Notes under the pieces: generated by a model
Databases searched by the model: none
Told to the model about the DNA's origin: nothing
What the model saw: only the letters and a program-made list of their open reading frames with translations
NCBI RefSeq assembly: GCF_009914755.1
Contig: NC_060941.1
Length of the DNA stretch: 64,000 nt
Direction: 5' to 3' (one strand)
From: the human T2T-CHM13v2.0 reference genome, Homo sapiens
Part shown: positions 35,541 to 51,150 of the stretch, piece by piece
Layout of the letters: each line of letters opens with the position of its first letter
Position numbering within the stretch: position 1 is the first letter of the stretch
Made by a program: the position numbers and the translations under genes

Positions 35541-36449
35541 ACCCGGTGTTCGTGTCAGGGCAGGTCGTTTCAGCAGCTACTCGGTGAACTGGCTGAGGTG
35601 ACAGCAGATCGTTTCGGCAGCTGGCTTGCGGGAAATTTAATTCTTGGAGCAGGCATTCTGGGTCCTGAGTGCTTTTCCCCAGCCCTAGCCCCTAGACTCC
35701 AGCTTAGTAATCAGCTCTCACAGAACCATCACGTCGGAGGCAGCCTTCCACCCCCTTTCCTCCCGCGCACAGGCAGGATGAGCTGCTCCCCTTTCGGGTC
35801 GGAAGCTGCAGCTGTATTTGGTTTCAGTTCGGCTGTTTTCAGCTCACAGAGAATGAACTGTCTTATTGTGTGACCCTTGCTCCGTCCAGCGGACGCTCGG
35901 AGACCAGAGGGACTTTTCCCGCCCTCTCCAGCCCAGCCTCGCCTCCCCAGCACGTGGCAAACGTCCCACGGAGGGGACTGGTGGGCATCTGGGGCTCCCC
36001 CGGATCCAGCTGATTGCAGGAGCCTCTCGGCCATTCACACTTGGCCACCTCCTCTCCCCCAGCAGAACCCCTTCAGCTTTAGGGGCCGGTCCGCGGCCTC
36101 AGGCAGCAGATGAGCCCCGGGCGGAGTGGAGTGGGCGAGGCCAGCTCCTCGCTGGGGGCCCTTTAGACCCCGTGTTCACAGCTCTCCAGCTCTCCTCTAG
36201 TCTAATTTATTAATGTTCTGTGTCTTTTTCTTTCAGGGGTTCAGCATGAGTGAAGGCCCACATCCTACCTCCGAGCAGCAAGTGAAACCGAGTGGGGGCC
36301 AGCACCCAGCTCAGGGGCTCGAGGGTGAGGCTGTGGGGTCCTTCCTCCTACCCCGCGGGGCCCTGCAGCTCCCAGCGTCACTTCCGTGGATGTGGCCACC
36401 ACGAGTCCCTGCCGAGGCCTGGAGAGGCTGCGTGGGCTTCTAAGAGCAT

Positions 36450-37500
36450 CTGTGGGAGACCCGCAACAGGGGCGGGGTCGTCAAGGCCCCCAAAGAGCCC
36501 GTCCCCGCCTGGGCGGGTGACTCCCTCCCTCCCTTACCTCCTTTCTATGACCCTCTCGGGGTTTAGGGGTGTTCCTGCCCCCCACCTGCGCGCGGGCGGG
36601 TCCAGGGCTTGGTGGACACGGAGAATCCCAGGCTCCGTGCCCTGCAAACACGGGCGTGAGGGGCGCAGGGGTGAACGCTGGAGGCGGAGAACCCAAGAGG
36701 GGCTGCGGGGTCAGCCTTGGGGCAGCCGGGCTGGAGGCAGCTTCGCTCCGCAGACGCAGACGCGAGACCCGCCTGGGACCCTCCGCCGACCCCGCTGCGG
36801 CCCCGCGACCCCCGCGTCTTCCCGGCGCCGCGCGGTCAGCGCCGCCCCCTAGACACCCGGCGCCGTCCCCTCCGCGCGCCTGCTGCCCGCTGGGGTTATT
36901 TTAATACCGGGCCCTGGCGCGGGGCGCGGCGCATTCCCAGCTGGCGGCGGGCAGGTGGCGGCGGCGCAGAGACCCGGCGCGGGGCGGGGGGCGCGGCTTT
37001 GGTGGCGGGACTGGCGGGCGCCCCTGCCGTGTGCTCTGGAAGCCGAGGCCACCGCGGAGCCCCTCGCGCCCCCTCTGCGCTGGGACAGGGGAGCGCGCCT
37101 CGGAAAGTTCCCCGCGGCCCCGCTGCGCGAGGAGTTTGGAGCCGCGAGCGGCTGCCCCCACGCGCGACCCCAGGCTCGGCGGGCAGGTCTGGCCGCTCAG
37201 TGACCGGAGGCAGGTGGGTCCTCGGTGGGTGACCGGGAGCGCGCGGGGACTGCCGGGTCTGTGCCCTTCGGGGCCCTCCGCAGGGCTGGGCCGGGGTTTC
37301 GCGGTGGGAACCCACCCTGGGCGAGGGGAGCGGGGTCCAGCGAGGCGGCTTCTCCCGTGCCGTGGAACTTTCGGCCCCTCCCCTTCCCCCCTAGCGACCC
37401 TGGAGCAATCCTAGCGGCCCGGCGGCCGCTGTCCCCCTGCCCGTGACTCGGGCTCGCGCACAACTGGGGAGCCCGGTGCACCCTCGGCTTCTGCGCCGTC
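36450..37500 (+). promoter_or_regulatory. UTS2R: CpG island, probable UTS2R promoter and first non-coding exon
   Basis: Very high CpG and GC content, GC boxes (GGGGCGGGG near 36981), AT patch at 36896-36906, donor CAG|GTGGGT at 37213/37214. Confidence 0.75.
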
Positions 37501-37699
37501 CCCTGGGTGAGGGCTCTGGAAATGCCCTGGGTGGGGGCAGCAAGGGGGTGAGGGTCCCCTGGACAGATGGAGCTGGGAGCTGCTCGGCCTGGTGGGAAAG
37601 GGCGGACAGGGCACATTTCCAGGCCCTGGAAGGCCCCCAGCGCCCCCACCTGTTGACAACTCCCCACCCCAGCCAAGACTGCTCCCTGCGCAGCCATGA

Positions 37700-38880
<1,181 letters not shown>

Positions 38881-39408
38881 AGATTGCAGAGGCCTTCCTC
38901 TCCTTACATGTTCTTCTATTTGGACTTTTAAAGTCAGTAGCTACTAGTTTTGCAATCTAAAGAAAACATTTTTTTAAATGTACAAGTCAAATAAATACGA
39001 GAAAGGACTCAGGAGTAAGTGGGCCCCACCTGTGCACAGACAAGAAAGTGAGGCCTGGGGGGGCGCAATGGGCAGAGCCCAGGACTCCCAGTTCTGTCCA
39101 CTGCCGACCTCTGCCCCAGGGGCTGCCCTCCTGTGTTCCGGCTTTCAGAAAAGCCCAGTTCATCCCAGAGGCCATGGGACCTACAGTGAGGGGGGGGCAG
39201 GGGTCCTGCTGGGGCATGCGGGGGTCGGGGAGGGGGGTTGGGGCAGCTCGTCTGGTGGCTCTTGAGTCCTCCTGCAGAGCTGGTGGCTTCCAGAGAGTCC
39301 CGAGAGTTGGAGGGCACTGGGGAGCCCACGTGACTCTGTGGGAACGAGGCCATCACAGTGGCCTCCTGGGAGCGGAAGGTGTTGCCTGATTTGCTTCTTT
39401 CCCCACAG

Positions 39409-42400
39409 GCTGAGCTGGTTGCCCACAGGGGCCCCCGCCCCATCTCAGGGAGTGTCCACCCAGCCCTGAGCCCGTCGTGAGGGGTCAGAGATGGCGCTGA
39501 CCCCCGAGTCCCCGAGCAGCTTCCCTGGGCTGGCCGCCACTGGCAGCTCTGTGCCGGAGCCGCCTGGCGGCCCCAACGCAACCCTCAACAGCTCCTGGGC
39601 CAGCCCGACCGAGCCCAGCTCCCTGGAGGACCTGGTGGCCACGGGCACCATTGGGACTCTGCTGTCGGCCATGGGCGTGGTGGGCGTGGTGGGCAACGCC
39701 TACACGCTGGTGGTCACCTGCCGCTCCCTGCGTGCGGTGGCCTCCATGTACGTCTACGTGGTCAACCTGGCGCTGGCCGACCTGCTGTACCTGCTCAGCA
39801 TCCCCTTCATCGTGGCCACCTACGTCACCAAGGAGTGGCACTTCGGGGACGTGGGCTGCCGCGTGCTCTTCGGCCTGGACTTCCTGACCATGCACGCCAG
39901 CATCTTCACGCTGACCGTCATGAGCAGCGAGCGCTACGCTGCGGTGCTGCGGCCGCTGGACACCGTGCAGCGCCCCAAGGGCTACCGCAAGCTGCTGGCG
40001 CTGGGCACCTGGCTGCTGGCGCTGCTGCTGACGCTGCCCGTGATGCTGGCCATGCGGCTGGTGCGCCGGGGTCCCAAGAGCCTGTGCCTGCCCGCCTGGG
40101 GCCCGCGCGCCCACCGCGCCTACCTGACGCTGCTCTTCGCCACCAGCATCGCGGGGCCCGGGCTGCTCATCGGGCTGCTCTACGCGCGCCTGGCCCGCGC
40201 CTACCGCCGCTCGCAGCGCGCCTCCTTCAAGCGGGCCCGGCGGCCGGGGGCGCGCGCGCTGCGCCTGGTGCTGGGCATCGTGCTGCTCTTCTGGGCCTGC
40301 TTCCTGCCCTTCTGGCTGTGGCAGCTGCTCGCCCAGTACCACCAGGCCCCGCTGGCGCCGCGGACGGCGCGCATCGTCAACTACCTGACCACCTGCCTCA
40401 CCTACGGCAACAGCTGCGCCAACCCCTTCCTCTACACGCTGCTCACCAGGAACTACCGCGACCACCTGCGCGGCCGCGTGCGGGGCCCGGGCAGCGGGGG
40501 AGGCCGGGGGCCCGTTCCCTCCCTGCAGCCCCGCGCCCGCTTCCAGCGCTGTTCGGGCCGCTCCCTGTCTTCCTGCAGCCCACAGCCCACTGACAGCCTC
40601 GTGCTGGCCCCAGCGGCCCCGGCCCGACCTGCGCCCGAGGGTCCCAGGGCCCCGGCGTGAGCACGCGGAGGGGCGGCTGGAGTCCAGGCGGGGACGCGCC
40701 CCAAAGCCCCAGCCACTCCCGGGAGCCCCCCCAACTCCCAAATCACAGGCCCTGCCCCTCCTCCGTCCCCTTCTGGAAAGATCCTGCTCGCTTCCCCTCA
40801 GCGCCCTTCCCGTGATGCCCAGAAGCGCCCACCCGCCTCCCTGAGGGTCTCCAGGAGGCTCCAGCGCAGTCCCGGCTTCTGGAGACCATGGCTTCGTCAC
40901 AGAGGGCAGCAGGCGCCAGTGCCCGGCCCGTGTGGAGACCATGGCGCGGCTGCCGCCCCCGGGACCCTCCTCCTCTCAGCCAGCGGCCCTGTGACTCCTG
41001 TTCCTGCCTGTGTGGCTCCATCCCTTGTGGCTTTGCCACTGGAACAATCAACCCTGAGCTGGCTTCCGTGTCCTGCCTAGGCGCGGGGGACGCCACATCT
41101 GAGGTGTGGGAGGATCGGCCGGCAGGATCCCCAGGACGACAACGGCAGCTCAAGGGGGAGCCTGTGGGTCTGGCTGGGGTAGAGGGTGCACCTGCCTTTG
41201 AGGCCTGTGCAGGCGGCTGGTCTGGCACCTGATGTGGGGCAGGGAAGGTGGCCAGGAGGGGAGGCTCCAGCTGAGGGGTGGAGCAGGGAAGGCACTGCCC
41301 AGCAGAGGCCTGAGGCTTTGGGTGCAGAACGCAAGAGGACAAGGTCAGTGGCCGCACCTACAGGCCTCCTGGCCTCTCATCCACGTCTGGCTCAGGTCTG
41401 ATCAGAAAGGGAATCCAGGTCCCACCTCACAGTAGCATTGGCAGTCTCTGCCCCACTCACCCCTCACTGCCTCCTGGACAGACTTCCTGCCCCAGCTCCC
41501 AGCTTGGCCAACCATCCTCTCTCTGGCGACTGCCCCCCTCCAGCCCCCAGCCCGGCCCCGGACCCTGCATGGCCTCCCCCAGCCTGGCCTCCCCTCCCCA
41601 CCCCATGGCCATGCCCAGACTACCAGCCCCTTGGGGCTCCATCTGAACACTGGGGCAAGGGTCATGCCCGCTTGGTCCCTCCAGTGCCTGCCCCTCAGTG
41701 GAGTGAGCACAGCTCTGCTGGCAGGACTGTGGCCGGCGTCAGGAATAAGCATGCAGCGCTCTCCCCAGGGCCTCCTGGAAGAGGGGCAATGCTTGCAGCT
41801 CCCCCCTGGAGTTACGAAAGTGCTCTGGAACTAGACGCTGGTGACTGGGCGATGCTGTGAACGAGCCAGTGCCACAGAACTGTGCACCTGAATGTGTGAG
41901 TTCTGTCGTGTTTTACTTTAAAAACAAAAGGATCCCACTCCCCGACCTTGTCCCTCTGTTAAAATTGAAAGAGACTGATGTCAGCCGCCCCGTCTGGGAG
42001 GGAGGTGGGGGGGTCAGCCCCCCGCCCGGCCAGCCACCCCGTCCGGGAGGTGAGGGGCGCCTCTGCCCGGCCACCCCTACTGGGAAGTGAGGAGCCCCTC
42101 TGCCCGGCCACCACCCCGTCTGGGAGGTGTGCCCAGCAGCTCATTGAGAACGGGCCATGATGACAATGGCGGTTTTGTGGAATAGAAAGGCAGGAAAGGT
42201 GGGGAAAAGATTGAGAAATCGGATGGTTGCCGTGTCTGTGTAGAAAGAAGTAGACATGGGAGACTTTTCATTTTGTTCTGTACTAAGAAAAATTCTTCTG
42301 CCTTGGGATCCTGTTGATCTATGACCTTACCCCCAACCCTGTGCTCTCTGAAACATGTGCTGTGTCCACTCAGGGTTGAATGGATTAAGGGCGGTGCAAG

Positions 42401-42640
42401 ATGTGCTTTGTTAAACAGATGCTTGAAGGCAGCACGCTCGTTAGGAGTCATCACCACTCCCTAATCTCAAGTACCCAGGGACACAAACACTGCGGAAGGC
42501 CGCAGGGTCCTCTGCCTAGGAAAACCAGAGACCTTTGTTCACTTGTTTATCTGCTGACCTTCCCTCCACTATTGTCCTATGACCCTGCCAAATCCCCCTC
42601 TGCGAGAAACACCCAAGAATGATCAATAAAAAAAAAAAAA
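39409..42640 (+). other. UTS2R: UTS2R terminal exon (82-nt 5'UTR part, CDS, 3'UTR)
   Basis: Acceptor TTGCTTCTTTCCCCACAG ends at 39408. The first AATAAA I could find after the stop is at 42625-42630. Confidence 0.6.
39491..40660 (+). CDS. UTS2R: Urotensin-II receptor (GPR14), class A GPCR, 389 aa
   Basis: Seven hydrophobic segments with GN, LALAD, ERY, WACFLP and NPFLY motifs and N-terminal NAT/NSS sequons. Matches human UTS2R. Confidence 0.99.
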   Translation: MALTPESPSSFPGLAATGSSVPEPPGGPNATLNSSWASPTEPSSLEDLVATGTIGTLLSAMGVVGVVGNAYTLVVTCRSLRAVASMYVYVVNLALADLLYLLSIPFIVATYVTKEWHFGDVGCRVLFGLDFLTMHASIFTLTVMSSERYAAVLRPLDTVQRPKGYRKLLALGTWLLALLLTLPVMLAMRLVRRGPKSLCLPAWGPRAHRAYLTLLFATSIAGPGLLIGLLYARLARAYRRSQRASFKRARRPGARALRLVLGIVLLFWACFLPFWLWQLLAQYHQAPLAPRTARIVNYLTTCLTYGNSCANPFLYTLLTRNYRDHLRGRVRGPGSGGGRGPVPSLQPRARFQRCSGRSLSSCSPQPTDSLVLAPAAPARPAPEGPRAPA

Positions 42641-42642
42641 AG
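41982..42642 (+). mobile_element. 5'-truncated SVA retrotransposon (VNTR end, SINE-R, polyA)
   Basis: SVA VNTR units, SINE-R ending CCCAAGAATGATCAATAAA(A)n, and TSD AGAGACTGATGT at 41970-41981 and 42643-42654. Confidence 0.97.
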
Positions 42643-43055
42643 AGAGACTGATGTACATCCCACTCCTGAATACATGTAAAATGTATACAAAAATATCTTC
42701 TATGAAAATGGTTTGTAATCTGTAGATTGTAATCCGGGATTTGTAATCTGTAGATTGTAATCTTGGAGATGTCTTAGATGTAAAATCCCATCTTTGGGTT
42801 GGGGGTTTTTTGCTTTCTCCAAATAAATCTGATCTTTAAAATTCAAAAAAAAAAAAAAAAAGAAAGAAAGAAAAGAAGGCCAGGCACGATGGCTCATATG
42901 CCTATAATCCCAGCACTTTGGGAGGCTGAGGCGGGTGTATCACAAGTTCAGGAGTTCAAGACCAGCCTGTCCAAGATGGTGAAACCCCATCTCTACTAAA
43001 AATACAACAAAATTAGCCAGGCGCAGTGGCAGGTGCCTGCAATCCCAGCTACTCA

Positions 43056-43478
<423 letters not shown>

Positions 43479-44406
43479 TCAAAATTAAACATCTGACAGC
43501 CAGAGCTGGTCCCTGGCTTGGTGGTTCCAGCTGGCACTGTCCTCGCCTGACACGCAGACTCTCGGCGGCAGCCCAGACGGCGGGGCACAGGACGTGGGGA
43601 GACTCCACGCTTGACCTCTTGCCCACCGCCTTCCGGTCTGCTCGCGCCAACATGGCTTCTGCGCTGAGCACCTGCATGTGGCACGGGGCCCAGGGTGGTG
43701 ACCGGCAGTGACTGCCTCACAGCAGCTGCTCACTGCTCCTGGCCCCCCGCTTTTCCAGCAGACCCCCCACTTCTGTGGAAGGCCCCCCACGTCTCCAGAG
43801 CCACGAAGCTCCAAAAGAGGGAATTTCTGGAGCAACATGGTCCCATCCATGACCCCCCGCCTCCAAGTCAGAACACAGCTGAAGACTCGAGTCCCAGGAG
43901 GGGCCCTGCAGCCCCACGACCCAGAGAAGACCACCCCAGAGCCACCCTCCACCCAACTCAGCGGGCGACCTGCTGTCCCCAAGGGGCGGGGAGTGGGTCC
44001 CCTCCTCCCACCTGGGTTTGGAGAGGGCGGGTAGCCCCCATGATGTGAGGCACAGTTGCTGGAGGTGACCATGCAGGCATCTACAACCACGTGTGTCCTC
44101 CACGGATGTCAGCACGGGGCCGATGAGGACAGAATTCCCTGGAAAGGCAGAGCTTCAGGGCAGGGCTGGGTAACGTGAAGAAAAGGGTGGCACGGGCACG
44201 CGTGTGCATGTGAGTGTGGGCTGCGGGAAACCCCTGGACAAAGGAGAAAGCAAAACAAGGGGTGAATGACTCAGGGACAGGAGAGAAATTAAATAAAACC
44301 TAAGTAACAGGGGACAACTGGGTGCAGTGGCTCACGCCTGTAATCCCAGCACTTTGGGAGGCCGAGGCGGGCGGATCACGAGGTCAGATCGAGACCATCC
44401 TGGCTA

Positions 44407-44624
<218 letters not shown>

Positions 44625-46143
44625 AAGTAACGGACTCTGAGAAACCGGAGCAGGCAGAGGCTGGGAAAGGAAACCTGGAGACCTGGGCACTAAAACAAAG
44701 CACTCGCTGAAAGGCTGGCAGATTGATCCGCAGTTCCTCCGGGAGGAGCACCTGGTTCCGGGAGGGAGTACTCCAGCCCTGATCCCCTCTCTCCTTTCCA
44801 ATGCCTCTTATTAAAGAACCGTGAAGATGCAGAGGTGGGCACACACAGCACAGTGCACCCCAGATCACAAGCGGGACGTTCTCTTCGGTGCCCGCTTCCC
44901 CTGCCTGGGTGTGGATGGGGCAGCAGTGGGCGCCACTGTGCAACCCCCAGCCCCAGCCCCGGCCCCGTCCTCATCAACACATCATCCAGTCACCATGCGC
45001 CGTGCCTGCGCATCCCCCCGCCCGCTGGCGACCCCGCAGCGCACCTGCCTTCCACCCAGGGGGCCTCCATAAGCAATTACGTCAGTGACAAGTAGCTCTG
45101 TAAGCTGCAGCACCGGCCCCCTGCCTCCCAGAACACACATGGTCCCACACAATACTGCAGACTCACACCCGCTCACACTCACACCACTGGACTCACGCCC
45201 ACTCACACACCACTGCAGACACACCCACTCACACACCACTACAGACTCACACCCACTCACACACCACTGCAGACTCACACCCACACCCACAGCTGGGCCC
45301 TGCCCTGCCAAGCCTCCATTGTTGCAGGGTCCCCGGAGCCCGTCAGGCCTGGCGGCTGCTCTGTGTCTCTCTCTCTGCATTCTCTCTTCTGCACATTTCC
45401 TAAGCACCAAAGGGCTCTGCCAAGAACCCTCTGGCAGGGGGTGCAGCCCAGGCAGCGTTCTGTCCCGGGGAAAGGGCACTGAGGACAGCACCCTCAAATC
45501 CAGATGGAATTTTATATGTAAATGCCGGGTATAAAGTAATAATGAGTGAAGAGGAAGTAGCAGTGAATGTATTCTAAAATGAGAAGCAGGGGCCGGGCGC
45601 GGTGGCGCACCCTTGTAATCCCAACACTTTGGGAGGCTGAGGTGGGTGAATCACTTGAGGTCAGGAGTTTGAGACCAGCCTGGCCAACATGGTGAAACCC
45701 TGTCTCTACCAAAACACAAAATACAAAAATTAGCTGGGCGTGGTGGCGCACGCCTGTAATCCCAACACTTTGGGAGGCTGAGGCGGGCAGATCACCTGAG
45801 GTCAGGACTTTGAGACCAGCCTGGCCAACATGGTGAAACCCTGTCTCTACTAAAAATACGAAAAAAATTAGCCGGTTGTGGTGGCGTGTGCCTGTAATCC
45901 CAGCTACTCGGGAGGAGGAGGGAAGAGAATCGCTTGAACCTGGGAGGCAGAGGTTGCAGTGAGCCAAGATCACGCCATTGCATTGCACTCCAGCCTGGGC
46001 GACAGAGCAAGACTCCGTCTCCAAAAAAAAAAGAAGCAGAAAGGTTATTGAAAGATTATTGAAAGTATGACCTAGACACGGTGAGAAATGTGATTTCAGG
46101 AGTCAGAATTCCGATGCAGAAAGGACAACTCAACACCAAATGC

Positions 46144-46265
46144 AGAAACCGCGCAGGATGGAGCCCCTGGCTCTGCTGTGACTCTCTCTCCAGCCATTTC
46201 ACTTAGAAACCGCGCAGGACGGAGAACCTGGCTCTGCTGTAACTCTCTCTCCAGCCATTTCACTT
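46144..46265. repeat. 2 x 61-bp tandem duplication
   Basis: AGAAACCGCGCAGGA...CCAGCCATTTCACTT at 46144 and 46205. Confidence 0.9.
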
Positions 46266-46577
46266 CTAGGATTTTATCTGAAATTTTAAAATCAGGCGTG
46301 GATCAAGACATATGCACAAAGGTGCTCGCTTCAGCATCACTTTAAAAACCACAGGCACCGCGGAATTTTCCACAGTTGGTAAATAGATTATGACGTGAGC
46401 AGTGGAGGATTTTGTGTATCTTCAGAGAATAGCAAAGCTCCGTTCCAAAGTGTCCTTAATGATCCAAGGCATGACGGCCAATGAGGAAAGCTGGAAAGTG
46501 AAACCGAGTGACTTAATCCAGGTTTCGTTTGAAACAAATAAGAATGTGTGTGGATGTGTGGTGAGAGTGTGGCATTT

Positions 46578-46970
46578 GGAGTGTGGCTTGTGAGACTGTG
46601 ACCCTGTGTCATGTGCACACATGGCTGTGTAGGTGTGTGGTGTGTGAGACTGCGACCCTGTGTCATGTGCACACGTGGCTGTGTAGGAGTGTGGCATGTG
46701 TGTGACTGGGACCCTGTGTCATGTGTACACGTGGCTGTGTAGGAGTGTGGCATGTGTGTGACTGGGACCCTGTGTCATGTGTACACGTGGCTGTGTAGGA
46801 GTGTGGTGTGTGTGTGACTGGGACCCTGTGTCATGTGCACACGTGGCTGTGTAGGAGTGTGGCATGTGTGTGACTGGGACCCTGTGTCATGTGCACATGT
46901 GGCTGTGTAGGAGTGTGGTGTGTGAGACTGCGACCCTGTGTCATGTGCACACATGGCTGTGTAGGCGTGT
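46578..46970. repeat. 7 x 54-56-bp GT-rich minisatellite
   Basis: ACCCTGTGTCATGTG recurs at 46601, 46656, 46711, 46767, 46823, 46879 and 46933. Confidence 0.95.
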
Positions 46971-47209
46971 GTGGGTGCATGTGTGTGCATGTATGCATCA
47001 AGGCTTCACAGGGACACTTTAAAATAGCAACAGTGGGCCGGGCACGGTAGCTCACGCCTGTAATCTCAGCACGTTGGGAGGCCAAGGCGGGTGGATCACG
47101 AGGTCAGGAGTTCGAGACCAGCCTAGCCAACATGGTGAAACCCCATCTCTACTAAAAATACAAAAATTAGCCAGGTGCGGTGGCAGACACCTGTAACCCC
47201 AGCTACTCA

Positions 47210-47362
<153 letters not shown>

Positions 47363-47470
47363 TTAGGTAGTTTTTTTTTGTTTTTTGTTTTTTTACTTTT
47401 TATACTTTTGAGTCTTTTCCAGATTTCTCCCAAAAGGTATACACAGCTTTAAAATCAGGATTGTTACTAA

Positions 47471-47584
<114 letters not shown>

Positions 47585-47645
47585 TGAGCAGCTGGGATTA
47601 CAGGCACGCGCCACCACACCTGGCTAATTTTTGTATTTTTTGTAG

Positions 47646-47807
<162 letters not shown>

Positions 47808-48579
47808 TAGTCACGCCTGGGGTCGGTGAGTGCTGTGCGTCTCCTGCACACGGGGCTGTCGGGCGCCTGCCTTGGAGGAGGAGGAGGACATGGCATGCGA
47901 GAGGCCTGCAGCTGGGGAGGTCAGAGCTGGGCCCAGGCCTGCGTGTTCATCTACGCGTTGCCCCCCGTCCCCTGGGCCACCCCTGGAGGCCCTTCTCCTC
48001 CTCTCCCCTCCTCCCCTCCCACCCCAGGCCCTGCCCTTCCCTGGCACCCAACTCCCTTACTCAGACCTCATCCGGCCCCACCCTGACCCAGGTGTGGGGG
48101 TCCCGGGGCTCCAAGCCACCAGGCTGTGTGGACAGCCCCTCTTCTCAGCAGTCACCGTGGCCACCCCAGCTGTGTCCAGGGCTGGAGTCAGAGCCTGCTC
48201 AGGTAGGAGGGACACGGTGCCAGGGGCCGGTCGGGGGCGGCGACAATGGAGTGCATGGCACAACCCACTAGAGGGGTCGAGTGCCCCGCTGGGGATTTCA
48301 GCAAAAGTCCTTTCTGCCCTGAAAGCAAGAGTAAGACCCCGGCTCTAACAGGTCCTAGTTGACGTTGTCCATGGCTGGCTGCCCCCAGCACCACAGCTCT
48401 GCTGTGCCCATGGCCCCGACCACTGCCAGGCTCCCCTGGACCCTCCCTGCCATGTCCCTCCACCCCCCACAATGCCCCCCAGACCCTCCCCACAATCCCC
48501 GCAATGCCCCCCACCCCCCGCAATGCCCCCCGGACCCTCCCCACAATGCCACTCACTTCCCCACAAGGCCCCCCACCCC

Positions 48580-48915
48580 CGCTGCAAGGCACCCTGGACC
48601 CCCCCCCACGAGGCCGCATCCCTGCTGCAGGCCGTTGGCAGGTGTTGCTGGTTCCAGCATTCCTTACAAATGGGAGCCTGCAGCCTGCGGTCCTGCATGT
48701 CCGGACTCCAGTAGTTTGCAGCACAGCTGCCTCCCTTCTGCTGCCGGGGCCTGGCCGAGGGATCGCTGCCGCTGCTAAGGGGTGGCTGTCTGGGTCCAGC
48801 GCTGGGTGGGCAGTCGCTAAAGAAGTTGCTGTGAACGCTGCTGCCTCAGCCTCTGCTTTCATTTGCCCTGGGTAGAACCCAGGGGCGGAATCACTGGGCA
48901 GGTGGAAGCTGTCTC
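48580..48915 (-). mobile_element. Highly GC-shifted L1M 3' relic
   Basis: Minus-strand CCCAGTGATTCCGCCCCTGGGTTCTACCCAGGGCAAATGAAAGC aligns by eye to the L1 motif CCCAGCAATTCCACTCCTAGGTATATACCCAAGAGAAATGAAAAC. Confidence 0.6.
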
Positions 48916-51150
48916 GCTGTCTCCCTGTTCCCCAAAGCAGCTTCAGCCGTGCCGCGGACACTCACCGGCAAGGGACGAGCCCTCCTGTTTCCCCCCTGCA
49001 AGCACCTGGAATTTACTGGATATTAGGTGCACTTGGGAAAGGAATTTCTTTTCATAAAAGGCGACTGAAAATCCCTTTGTGAGACACTGACTGTGCTGGA
49101 TCAGAGATTTTGTAAATTTGGGTTTGGCCTATGGGGTAAATGGTAGGGCCTGTGCTGGAGAGGCCTTTGCTGTGTGGGGTGTGCAGCTCCCCTGGAAGGC
49201 CCTGGGCAGTGGAGCAGCCTGGATGGGGCCCCCCCTGCATCAGGATAGGGGCTGGGTTCCAGCACTGTCATATCCCCCCACCATGCCCACCACTGCTACC
49301 CTCCACCCACACCCCCAGCTGCTTCAGCCCAGAGCAAAAATGGTGAGGGAGAAGGTGTCCTGGGCGGGCCTTGGTCCCGAGAACAAGGCAGCAGGTGGCC
49401 CATGCCTGGGGGGCAAAGGATCGCATGAATGAACTGTCCCCGGCTGGGGGGGTGGATGTCTGGTGGCAGGTGCCTGGCGGCGGGTGATTGGTTTGCCAGG
49501 CGCCCTCACAGACTGCCCCACGTCTGGTCTGTCTCCAGGCGGCTCTGGCGTGGCTGGGGTTTGGTTTCTGATCGTTGCTCCCCGACCAGAGCTGCTGCAG
49601 GGCAGTGGGAGTGGACGCCACGTTCCCCAAACTGGCCTCAAGTTCAAAGGGGCTTTTTCAGACACCCCCAGGTCCCACCTTCCCGCCTTCCCAATAGAGC
49701 GTGGAGGACATGGTCTTCTGGGGTCCACGGCGGGGAGGGTGGGGTGCACCGGCGCGTGGATGCAGGGGTCTCAAGGCCCCAAGCCGCACTTCACATGAGT
49801 TATTCCTCAACAAAGAAGCACCTGCCATTTAGAGCTGCTGAACTCCCAGGCATTCCAGGAACAGTGTGCTTCAGGAAGTGGGTTGCACCTCCAACCAGCA
49901 GCTCCGCTGTTTACCTGCCCGGGCACGCTCCGCTGTGGGAGGCCGTCCCCGTGGAATGGACCTCAAGGCGGCCCGCCGCTGCAGGTGGCAGCAGTGACTG
50001 CGCTTGTGGGGTGAGGCGGCCCTGGCCGGGGAGGATGGCTGGAGCTGCTTGGCAAAGACTTGCGCTCTTCCTGCCCTGAACCTGCACAGCATCACAGGTG
50101 CGCTCCTGGCCACCTGGAGGGTCAGCCCCGGGAGGTGGCGTGGTGCACGGGCCCATTTCTGCCCCTAGGAAAGCCCTTGGTGCAACCCATGCTGTCTGGC
50201 ACCTTCCCTCATCACTCACAAGGGCAGGTTTTTCCATCTGAATTCCAGACAGATGACAGTCCCAGCTGGAAGCGAGGCTGCCAAGGTCAACGGCCAGGCT
50301 GTTCCAGACTCTGGCTTTTCCCAGGCCAAGTGCCCAGCCCCATGCAGGGGTCAGGGGAGGCCAGTTCTCCTGGGACTGACCCAGGGCCCAGAGGCGTCGC
50401 GTGCCCCAAGCCACCGGGACAGGTGCACAGGCTGGCACTGGCCCAAGGCTGGGTAGTTCTGGTCTGTCACTTTTGCCCACCTGCAGCCAAGGAGACCCAG
50501 GCTGGGAGGGCCTGGGGGGTGAGTGAGGTCACAGCAGGACACAGCCCCAACGGTCAGCAGCCTGGAGACTCCGGTCCAAGCCCCAGCCCCCTCTGCCCTC
50601 CCCGCATGGGGCCCCTGCAGACCCCACTGCCAGCTAGGCCTGAGATCTTCCTGTCACCTCCAGCCAGCCCAACGGGACCTCCTGGCAAGCCCCCCCCCCA
50701 CCCCCGCTTCCCTGAAGCCCACAGCAACCCACAGGCCGAGCGGCCTGGGCTGTTGGGTATTTCATGGCCCCGACGGGAGCCCCTTTAGCAGAGCCCACCA
50801 CTGGGCTGCTCTCCAACCGAGTGCTCTCCTGTTTCACAGCTAAGGGACCTCGGCTCGAAGGACCACCCAGGCTGTGCCTGGGGCCCAGTGCTGGAAATCC
50901 CGGGAGTGGACACATGCAGGTGCCTGGGACTGACGGGTCCTCACAGGGCGTTGGGCCGGGCTCCGTCCGTCCAGGTGGCCTCCGGCACCCCACAGCGCGA
51001 TTAAAAACACAGAGCTGTGTCTCACCCCAGAACTAGGAGTTGGCGGGAAACTGGAGCCGCTGCCCCCCTGCCCTTCAGCCAAATCTGGCCACCCTGAGCC
51101 AAAATTCCTCCCGGGGGCTGGGAGTCAGGCCGGGGCTGGGCCTGGGGCCT

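Noticed and set aside
39485-40942. 485-aa antisense ORF and 252-aa alternative-frame ORF over UTS2R
   Set aside because: Expected shadow of extreme GC3 codon bias; no recognisable domain or independent promoter evidence.
42655-42860. SVA 3' transduction
   Set aside because: The TSD closes right after the SVA polyA (42643-42654), so the downstream segment predates the SVA.
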